Assembly: GCF_006345805.1 (NCBI RefSeq)
Contig: NC_043009.1
Span: 70,184,001 to 70,248,000 of the forward strand
Direction of reading: 5' to 3'
DNA length: 64,000 bases
Source of the DNA: Octopus sinensis
Lineage: Eukaryota
The first letter of the stretch is position 1, and each line of letters begins with the position of its first letter. This document shows positions 54,090 to 64,000 of the stretch, piece after piece. Below the pieces are notes generated by a model, which saw only the letters and a program-made list of their open reading frames with translations, ran no database searches and was not told the origin of the DNA. The position numbers and the translations under genes were made by a program.

Positions 54090-54449
54090 AATCTACGGCA
54101 TACAATAAGATAAATTTAGCATAAAGTAAAGTCTGAAGCCATTTCGTGGATTTCCGGAGGATGAAACTCATTCTTGGTAGAATTTGAACTGAGAATATAA
54201 AGCAACATTAATACTGCAAGGCTGTCTGTTGGACGCCCATCAGTATCTGATAATTCATTACTCTCACTATATTGAATATACTGGATAATCAACCATTGCA
54301 TCGAAGTGCAGAGGACTAGAGAGTCTGGAACATCTGTTTAGTTTAAAGACTTGATTACATTCTGACATCAGTTCTGATCTTCATTTACATAACTGCACCA
54401 GGCTCGAAGCAACCAACTCCGAATAGATCACATTTTCCATAGAAACTTC

Positions 54450-55545
54450 GGCACTACCACAGAATTAGCTGTCAGGAGTAAAGTAAAAAAGGTGTGACGT
54501 CAATCTGACGTCACTCGTCCATCTTCGATTGTTTCCGTAGAATTTATCAAATTAGAAAACGCAAATTTAATATATTTTCTGAAATTGCAAATTATTTAAA
54601 ATATAAAAATATAATTTTCAACAGAGAGAATTTATCAAAATATAAAACAAATGAAGTTTGAAGTTAAGACTAAAAATAAATGTTATACTCATGCTCTGTA
54701 GATGTTTATACTCTGTAATGTTTCACATGCATGGATATAGATGTCGAATTTGTTCCAATAACTTTCCGAAGATTTCGTCCTTAAATTCATAAAACCACAT
54801 GAATTCAATGAGATGGGATTGAAGTAAATTTCGGACTGTTCCATTTTCTCTTTTGTTGCGATTCTTTACATGCTTCCATAAACAGTCTATGTGGTTGGTT
54901 GTGGCAAATGTTACCTGATCAACAAAATTTATTGAATGATTCACAGTCAAATGCCTATATCCTAGCTGATTGAGCGTATTATACGAACGCCAGAGGTCAG
55001 AAATTATAGTTGTACCAGGCAATATACGCTCTTGTATAATTTGTAAAAGAGTGTCCGCAGTCCGATCTTCCACTGCCACCAAAAAAATCTTCTAGCATCC
55101 CTTTCCAAAGCACCAAAAACCCACTGCGTTTTAACTCGATGACCAACATTATATTTTCTTCTAACAAATGCGCTTTTATCTATCTCTACAATTCGGTTTG
55201 GTTTCCGTGCTTAATGCTTTGTGCAACATAATATTCTGCACATATATCAAGGCAAAAGTTTCTCCAATCTCTGACGGCTACATTCGCTATACGACATTCC
55301 TGGACTATTCCCTTTGCCAAATCTTCTTTTGCCCAATAATATAAAATATCAATAATTTTGCTCACACTTCAACTTACTATTCTCTAGAAATGTTCCTTTT
55401 CTAATCGAAACCATTTTTCTACAAGGCCTTCCACATGACCATATCACGCCATCCGGCTTTAGTTTTTGTATTCCAGTGATGCTTTTCTTTCCGTAGAAAT
55501 TAAGTTGGTATCGTTTTTTAACCTTTCAACTGAATTTAGATCAAA
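54450..55545 (-). mobile_element. Merlin (IS1016/IS1595-related) DNA transposon; pseudogenised transposase at about 55530-54723
   Basis: DGVIWSCGRPCRKMVSIRKGTFLENSKL, DWRNFCLDIC, VEIDKSAFVRRKYNVG..WVFG, LPGTTIISDLWRSY..HLTVNHSINFVD..TNHIDCLW. Frameshifts include one in the A7 run at 55081-55087. Putative 3' TIR GGCACTACCACAGAATT at 54450. Confidence 0.9.
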
Positions 55546-55689
55546 CCTATACGAAACAATGCATGCTGCATAAATTGGAAAGTGGTTCTTCAGAAACGGA
55601 AGCGGCAAGAAATCTTCCTTCTGCATATGGACATGAAGCTTCAAATGTCTTCGAACGCCAAGTATGGTCAGCTTCACCGGGAAAATTTT

Positions 55690-56320
55690 CTCTAGCAGAT
55701 TCTTCTTGATGGATAACTAAGTTCTCTCGATTTTGAGCTCATGAAGACCGTAGTTGAGAAAAGTCCAGTACACGGGAATCAGCATAAACAGTTCAATTCC
55801 AGTTACACTTCGCATCATTGAACCTATCCATGAACTAAAAAAAGGGTCTCAACTTAATGGCCACCTCCTTATCAATTTCGTTACTGACCGGTATTGACCG
55901 AGTGTCTCTTGAATAGAAGCATCACAAGTGCTTAAACATGGGTTCTCTACAACTTTATCCAACCGAAATAATAATACCCAATAGAAAAGAAATGATCCAT
56001 CCCTGAAGCAGAGCTATGCCTGATAAAAATTATGCGCTATGTTTGTTGGGGTATGAAAGATGTCTGTCATGCAGCGTTAAATCAAAATGAAATAGTCTTT
56101 GCAGAGGAGTATTATTAACTGGATACATTGAAGAGAAAGTGCTGATCATTGATTATACGTAAAGGGTGTTGCTGTTGCAGGATAGTGCAAAACCACATAT
56201 TGCCCAAATCCTTCAGGAAAAGGTCATGGCAATAAATATGGAAGTTTTGTCAGTCTTAATCCACATTTGCTCATTTGGAGTTGCTCCATTATCTTTTCAT
56301 CATTGTAACATTATTTAGAG
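55690..56320 (+). mobile_element. Highly degraded mariner transposase remnant
   Basis: KIMRYVCWGMKDV..NQNEIVFAEEY and VLLLQDSAKPHIAQ..MEVL (cf. HDNARPH). Confidence 0.7.
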
Positions 56321-56659
56321 AAACTTAAAATTCGTATTGAGTGTTGCCTACATACACACATACATAGATACATACATACATACATACATACATACATGCA
56401 TACGTATGTACGTACCTACATAATACACACATACATACATATGTACTTACAATAAATCTCAGTCGGATCAAGGTGGGATTTTCAGAAAAAGGAATCAACC
56501 AACCGATTCGCACATTACAAATACAATCAGTAAGCGGAACAGTAAAACTCTGCAAGACTTTTCTCATATTTAAAATGTGACAATGTCTTCGTAATTTGCG
56601 TTCCAATGATGCAGCTTTGTATTTTCAGAGGAATAATTTAAATGATTAAAAACCGAAGA

Positions 56660-56905
56660 GAAACACACACACAAACATACACACACGCATACACACACAC
56701 ACACACACACATACACACACACACACTCACACATACACACACACACACGCACACGCACACAAACGCACACAAACGCACACATACACACACACACGCGCGC
56801 GCGCACACACACACACACACAAACGCACACACGCACACACGCACAACACACACACACACCACACACACACACACACACACCACACACACACACACACACA
56901 CATGT
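56660..56905. repeat. (CA)n-rich microsatellite
   Basis: Directly visible. Confidence 0.97.
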
Positions 56906-57149
56906 AATGCACACCAGGAAACTGCAATTATTGCATATACGAACAAAACACATTGAAAATTGATTTGGACTCTTCTGTTGATATCGGAAATGAATGTTAA
57001 TTTCTAATGATTGTCTCTGTTGTCACTTTCGCTTTCTGTAAAATATATATTCCTCCTAATTATTGTTTTAGACACCTGATATTCTTAAATTATTCCCCTC
57101 TACATCGGTTTAATTTAAGAATTAATATATATTTCTTTTGGTTCAAGTG

Positions 57150-57480
57150 TAACCGTTTCTCTGCCTCACCACCATTCGCATCATATGCAGAAGCGCCTTT
57201 TCTAGTCTTGTTGCAACAGTTCGCGCAATTCCGGTTCACGAGTTTTTGCAGAGCGGAACATTTCCTTCATTTCATTGCAGTAAATGGTGTTATTAAACAG
57301 AAAATTAGGCCCTGTTATTTTCTGTCTCATGTAGACTATGTCGGTCTCGATTACGGAGATGACAGACCCACTCAAAAAACACAAATTCAGCATTTGGCAG
57401 AGCACACATATTCCAGAAGCAAACCTCTCAATTCAGTCATATTTAAGATCTGCAGCGTTTTCAATAAACAAACAAGGTGA
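57150..57480 (+). mobile_element. Possible degraded LINE RT fragment
   Basis: FIAVNGVIKQ..PCYFL (cf. V.SGVRQG..SP.LF) followed by GLDYGDD (cf. LDYADD). Confidence 0.35.
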
Positions 57481-58039
57481 TTGAGTACGTATACACTCAA
57501 AGACATACTTTTCCCCTCTTGATTCCGGTTGTAAGACCGTCTTTGGTGAAACTGAGATGAAGGTCTCACGAGTGAGATGTAATCATGCCAGGCCGTGTGA
57601 CTTGTGTACTGGAGATCACTCGCTGTTTTTGGCAATAACACATTGCCAATGGTATCTGCATGTTAGAGATGACGGGATTTTCGCAAAACCAACTGTAGTT
57701 TGTTTATTTCAAAGAAATAAAACATTTCTTCTGATACCCTGAGTCAACATTGATAAGCCACGCCGCCATGTATACAATTTCAAGCATTTCGTCTCTATCC
57801 AAAAGTCATACATTTCTTATCTGCTTATTGATATTCTATAAAACTACACATAAACATCTCTGAATCAGATTAATTGGAAATCGGAAGAACGTCACGCTAA
57901 TAATAGTTGCTCCCTGTAATTTCAGCTGACAATTAAATAAATGACCGAAACTACGCGGAACGATTACTTAGCGTCGCTCCATTTTTGTTTTTACACAATT
58001 CATATCTTCCTTCTCCACATAAAAGCATGCATACCTATA

Positions 58040-58358
58040 CGTACGTTTTGTATGTATGTGTGTATGTGTGTGTATGCATGTATGTATGTATGTGTGTATG
58101 TGTGTATGTATGTGTGTATGTATGTATGTATGTATGTTGTATGTATGTATGTGTGTATGTATGCATGCATTATGTATGTATGTGTGTCTGTATGTATGTA
58201 TGTGTGTGCGTGCGTGTATATGTATATATATGTATGTATGCATGTATATATGTGTGTGTGCGCGTGCGTGAGTGAATGTACATACGATTTGTATGTATGT
58301 ATGTATGTATGTATGTAATGTATGTATGTATGTATGTATGTAATGTATGTATGTAATG

Positions 58359-58389
<31 letters not shown>

Positions 58390-58575
58390 TGTATGTATGT
58401 ATGTATGTATGTATGTAGTATGTATGTGTGTGTGCGTGCGTGTATATGTATGTATATATGTACGTATGTAAGTATGTGTGTGTGCGTACGTGTGTATGTA
58501 TGTATATATATGCATGCATGTATGTATGTGTGTATGTGTATGTATGTGTGTGTGTGTGCGTGCGTGAGTGAGTAT
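58040..58575. repeat. (TGTA)n/(TG)n compound microsatellite
   Basis: Directly visible. Confidence 0.97.
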
Positions 58576-58599
58576 ATATATTCGTTGGTTACAAATTTT

Positions 58600-58808
58600 G
58601 CCCGAAGGCCAGCAAGATGGGAGCAGAGTGGGTGGGATGTGTTGTTTGTATCCGATCGCAGAGCTCGGCTGTTACTTATTAGGTCAACCCCGAAAGGATG
58701 AAAGGCGAAGTCGATCGCAGTAGAATTTGAACTCAGAATGTAAAGACGGACGAAGTGTCGGTAAGCACTTTGCACGGAGTGTCAACGATTCTATCAGTTC
58801 ATCGCCTA
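58600..58808 (-). mobile_element. tRNA-derived SINE
   Basis: Minus strand TTCTGAGTTCAAATTC..CGACTTCGCCTTTCATCCTTTCGGGGTTGAC; same family as 60180-60345. Confidence 0.75.
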
Positions 58809-58835
58809 AAATGAAAAACACACACACACGCACAC

Positions 58836-58948
<113 letters not shown>

Positions 58949-59761
58949 AAGAGAAACATTGTTTTCAGTTTTCTTCAAATATAGGAGTGAAACCGTTTTT
59001 AGTCTTATTATGAGGAAAATTCTATATGGAAATGTTTATATGGTGTATGATGGTGTGTGTGTGTGTGGGGGTATTGAAGTACTGTATTTAGTGGAGACAG
59101 AGCTTCTCTTTAAACTTTTTTAGTACTCAGCTAACATCTTCTAAAGAATTTTCAACTATAAATCTGAGCTGAGAGAAAAAGTAAAAATTCTTCTCCACCA
59201 GAGACACAGGATGCAGAAGATCTGGAAGTATTCTTCGACTGTTGACAGCGAGAAACACCCTCCTCTCATATTCATGTTTATGTAGAGTTTGACAACCAAA
59301 GTACGTAACATTTGATTTATCTTCCTCAGATTCTGTATAAAGAAATAGGTGTGATATGAGTCAGACATGCACAAAAAAGGATGCTGTAGAGGAAAGAAAA
59401 TGGACCTTCAAATTGAACTGCATAATAATAATAATAATCATCAGCTTAAGTAATTGAGTGATACTACACACTGACTGGTCAGAATACAGTTTGCAAAACC
59501 TAGGAATCTGGAGTCTACACAGCTGTATTTAAGGTACAGATTCAATCATCTCGCTACAGTCAAAAATTGTGAAGCATGACTGTCACCACTACTACATGAA
59601 CCTAAAGATTGCAGAATTTAATGCATGAAAGTACTAGTTCAATCAGAATGAACTTTTACATTCTATTATTTTATTTTATTTTATTATATTATATTATCTT
59701 ATATCATTATAAGATTGTAAATAAACGTGAAAATCAGACAAGGTTGGAATTCCTTTTATTA

Positions 59762-59818
<57 letters not shown>

Positions 59819-59849
59819 ATATATATAATTGAAGAAACTGGAATCACGA

Positions 59850-59895
59850 AGAAGGAGTACGGTTGACGGTGGAAGAGTCCAACCGTACTCCTTCT
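59850..59895. repeat. Short perfect inverted repeat, 16-bp arms
   Basis: AGAAGGAGTACGGTTG ... CAACCGTACTCCTTCT. Confidence 0.9.
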
Positions 59896-60179
59896 AGCTT
59901 ACTCCAATTTCTTTAATTTTATAATCACACACGTGAATATAAACTTGGAAGTATTTATGATTCTACTACCACCGAATAATACAGGTTAATTCTGAAGGTG
60001 GACGAGCTTTATACGGTACTCTTCCACGTTCCTAACGGAATATACCATAGCTAGGTGTACATATATATGTGTGTAAGCATACGCACGCGTGCATACATCC
60101 CTGTATTTGGTTTGCAAGATTTTGATGTGAAATCTTGTTAAAATGGATCTAGTATCTTGGGAGTTGGGTTTTTCTTTGT

Positions 60180-60345
60180 TTGTCTTTGTGTTCTGAGTTC
60201 GAATCCTGTTGTGGTCGACTTTGCCTTTCATCCTTTTGGCGTCGATGACATAAATATGCGTTGAGCAATGGTGGGGTCGATGTAATCGATTCTTTCCTAC
60301 CCCAACATTTCAAGCCTTGTTCCTCGAATTGAAAAAGGAATTATT
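60180..60345 (+). mobile_element. tRNA-derived SINE
   Basis: TTCTGAGTTCGAATCC (B box) followed by GGTCGACTTTGCCTTTCATCCTTTTGG..GGGGTCGATGTAATCGA. Confidence 0.75.
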
Positions 60346-60699
60346 AACCAACTAATTATCAATTTAACCAATTAACTGAGCGACTGCATGAGCACTCATT
60401 TGGTTAATTAATCAATCAGTTAAGATTGTTATGGTTCTTTCGTTGCCATTCCTGATCTCATTAATGTCCTCTCTGCCTGAGATCGATTTGTCTTTAGGTT
60501 TAATACGATGGTCTTGGATTTGGAGAGGATAGACTCGGTGCTGGAGATGATAGATTTAGGGGTGACAGAGAATATGGAGGTGCTGGATAATAAAAGAGTT
60601 CTCTGTGAGTGGTTTATTTCTGTAGTCAATTTATTGGAATAACCAAAAATATAAAAAGAAACTTCAACAAAATTTTTGATTCAAGTGGTTTTTGTTGCA

Positions 60700-61482
60700 G
60701 CTGAGATCATCAGAAATTATCTGTAAAACTTTGGTAACATAATCTCTGAATAAGAAATTTGCGCCTCGAACTTTCCTATCCTGGCTTTAAATGATATGAA
60801 ATTCTTCTGTTAATGTCTTCGTCAAAATATTTTCACTATAAATCCTAGCTTTCTCCAGAAAACTGCTGCTGGTTTATTCCAAAATAACACATTATCGTCT
60901 ACTTTACATATTTTCTCTGACAAATAATGTCCGTCAATACTTTTTTCATTATTTCTGAGATTTTATTCACATCACTCGCTTCTGCACTCGCTGCGTTTTA
61001 TTGCCCTTTAATATTGGGGAAATTTGTCAGCTTTTATAACGATTGAACCAAGCCTACTCTTAACAGATTCCTCCTTATATCACATCCATTTGCTGCATGT
61101 GCAGCTTTTAAATGGTTGAAAAGCCTTCACTTCTTTTCTTGTTCTAAACCAAGGCTAATAGGCATAGAACGCTAATTTAGCTCCTCAAAGGAATTCACAA
61201 GATCCGTCCTATTTCAGTAATTAAAGCATATCGTTGCTTGGTGATAATTGTAGCTTTCATTGATGAAGAGCCTTTTACATGCTCCATTATTCTAAATTTC
61301 TCCTTTAATATTAATACCGATCGGTAACCGACTAAAGCCTATTTTCCCGTATTCATTGACACCCCACCCCCGCCGCCATTCCGATCGCCTTTTTTTATTG
61401 CCACTTTAATTTAAGTCTTTAGCGCTAACCTATCCTTTGATGCACCACCATCAATTAGATCGGATTTTCAATTTGGAGACAT
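60700..61482 (-). mobile_element. Tigger/pogo-like transposase remnant (N-terminal half)
   Basis: ATG at 61480-61482, then DGGASK, KFRIMEHVKGSSSMKATIITKQR, a degenerate GWFNR motif, AASAE and VDDNVLFWNK (cf. VDETGLFWK). Many stops and frameshifts. Confidence 0.7.
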
Positions 61483-61842
61483 GGTTATGGGGCTAAACAC
61501 AGGAAATACTTAAGACAAATAACATGAATAACTCACGCAACAAATGTTTATCTGACCTTACTTAAAATGGTCGTAGCGTTGATCTCCTTTCCGAGCTGGT
61601 GAACGCTGAGAACGAACAATGAGTGATTGCGCGACACAAAGTAGTCCTTCACTTCGTTATTATTATTAACCATTGTACAGAAAACAAATATTTAATGAGA
61701 AGCTTCATACAGGACATTTCGAAACTATGGCTATTCGGAAATAGCACCACATTACACCAGACAATGTCTATACACACACACACTTACGCACACGTACGCA
61801 CACACGCACGCACGCATCCCACCAAACACATATGAGATGTGC

Positions 61843-62132
61843 AGGAATGGTGGCGTCGTGTAGCGGTTTGCCTCATAAGCACACGGTTTCAGGACAACTG
61901 CGTGGGCCTCTTAGTCTTTTTCTCCGGTCTCGGACCGATTAAGGCCTTGTGAGTGATTCAGGTTGACGGACACTGCTTGCCAGCGCTTCCTATACACATT
62001 AACAGCTGTGTGTTTGTGGGCATGTCGCCAAACATGGACCCCTAGAACAAACACGGATGCTGAGCTGTTTGGCTAAACCCTTGAAGGCGGTGCTCCAGCA
62101 TGGCCGCAGTTCACTGCCTAAAACAAGTAAGA
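61843..62132 (+). mobile_element. Degraded SINE
   Basis: CGGACCGATTAAGGCCTTGTGAGTG..GACGGA and 3' AAGGCGGTGCTCCAGCATGGCCGCAG. Confidence 0.6.
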
Positions 62133-62287
62133 ATTAAATGGTGTAGACACACACATATCCCTATATACATATATATGTATTTACATACATTTACATATAT
62201 ACACACACATATATATATATATCTACATATATATATATATAATATATATATATATAAACATAGAAACAAAGAGGTAGAGAGAAAGGT

Positions 62288-62318
<31 letters not shown>

Positions 62319-62479
62319 CATGTATAAACATGTGCATAAAACGAATTAAAATAAACAAGACTGGTATCCACAACATTATAATTTATCAATATTGCAGAAC
62401 CTCACTATCAAAACTCTCAGTATCTCCCTCCTCTCCTCTTTCCTCCTCCCCCACTCCTGCTCCTCATCATCACATCGAA

Positions 62480-62990
62480 AAACCACCACCACCACCACCA
62501 CCACCACCATCGCTACCATAATCCTCATCAACCTACTGTTCCTGCCCCTCCCCCCTCTTCGTCTTTTATAAAGAACAGTAATAATAAAAGCAACCGTATC
62601 AGAATTACATCTATAATGAAAATTGTATACAATGCAGATATACGATAGCAATCAAGCACACCGTCTACAACAACAACAACAACAGCAGCAGCAGCAACAA
62701 CAACAACAACAACAACAGCAACAACAACAGCAATAACAACAGCAACAACAGCAACAACAGTGGTAGCAGCAGGAGGAGCAACGCCTGCGTCTATCAGAAG
62801 AACAGATGTTGCAACGGGAACGAGGTTGGAAAATAATAACACAATACATAAATAAATATATAAATAAAACAGAAAAATGAAAGAAAAAAAAAGAACTTAT
62901 AATAACAATGTAAGAAACATAACTGCACAGCAACACCAGCAGCAGCAGCAGCAATAATGGCAACAACATCAACAACAACAACAACGACAT
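62480..62990. repeat. CAC/CAA/CAG low-complexity tracts
   Basis: Directly visible. Confidence 0.85.
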
Positions 62991-64000
62991 GTTGTTAGTA
63001 GGAAAGAGAAATATCTGACAGATGGAATTCTGTAATTGACGGCAAACGTAATGCAGTCTAATCAGTGGCTTTCTGCAACAGATCCCTGAATATTTTAACT
63101 GAAAAACAAAAGCTAATATAATAATTTCCAGAGGTAATTATCTCAATGGCACCGAATTTTGACACCTTAAAAACCAGGCCGAGATCCTTCAATATATTCG
63201 TTGCAATTTCGATGTCAAACAACGGAAATTTAAGTTAAATTAAACATACATATACACACATATATATCGACATATGCATCAATATATGTTATTATTAAGT
63301 AGGATTTCAATTTCCATTTTTTTAATTGCTTACTTCAGCGCGAAGCATACGCGGTTACGCACCCTCCTACAGACTTCAATGCTCACGCACATATACACGT
63401 ATGTTATGGATGTGCTGAATATACATTTGTATATATACATCCTGTGTCTATATACATCCGTGCGTGTATGTGTGAATTTGTGGTTAATATAGGCGTGTGG
63501 AGTGCACATGTGAGCATTTCGTTGTGCATAAAGTTAATGTAGTATAAGTGTGTGTGTGTGTGCGTGTGTGTGTGCTGGTGTTTATTTATGTGTATGTGAG
63601 TGTACATGCATATGTGCTAACGTGTAGCTAACTTTCTGGCATTTCTAGGAACGGTTTGTGGGTGAATGACACACCAAGGAATGTTGGGGTGGGATCAACT
63701 CTGCCATGCATACCTGTTTGGCTAATGTCAGCCCAGAAATGCATTGAGAGTCTATATGGATGTCGACTACTTCAACAGCTACATTTTGAATTTAGAACTG
63801 TTCAATGTACAGGACTGTGTATATGATATATGGCTCCCTACCCAAGGAGACACACAAGAGCTGGGGTTTACCATGACTCGTCGCGCCATGCCAAAAATCT
63901 CTACCTTACTGCTGTTGTCTTTGATACACCTAATTTCCACGTTCTGTGTTTCTACCAAAAGCATAATTTAACTGAACAAACTTCAATGGCAAAATATAAC

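Noticed and set aside
57150-57660. Cys-rich (ShK-like) and 147-nt exon-like frames on the minus strand
   Set aside because: Cys spacing is wrong for ShK, and the plus strand carries RT-like motifs.
63640-64000. Possible RT remnant (KNLYLTAVVFD; PTFLGVSF)
   Set aside because: The motifs are on opposite strands, too degenerate, and cut by the window edge.

Overview
Eukaryotic, AT-rich, very microsatellite-dense genomic DNA. The SINE families and (TA)/(CATA)/(GA)/(TAA) load look like a coleoid cephalopod (Octopus-type) genome; this is inferred from recognition, not a database match. No intact host gene, rRNA, true tRNA gene or CRISPR array is supported, and most ORF-track entries are microsatellite translations. 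The window is a graveyard of transposable elements. DNA transposons: two mariner remnants, a Tc1 deletion derivative with ~110-bp TIRs, a Tigger/pogo remnant and a near full-length Merlin (IS1595-like) pseudo-transposase. Retroelements: L1/Tx1, RTE and R4/Dong LINE fragments, about nine tRNA-derived SINE copies (one complete with a 13-bp TSD) and Penelope-like remnants. The most interesting structures are: (1) a decayed Penelope-type hammerhead ribozyme next to a 105-bp fold-back at 4.4-4.8 kb; (2) a perfect 132-bp palindrome at 34 kb and another fold-back at 18.2 kb; (3) an RTE LINE with a twin-priming-like 5' inversion and three C-terminal C2H2 fingers; (4) Dong LINEs in (TAA)n tracts; (5) an unexplained ~200-bp diverged duplication at 33.4-33.9 kb. 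A few exon-like segments exist, but none could be assigned to a known protein. I cannot claim a new biological system with confidence.
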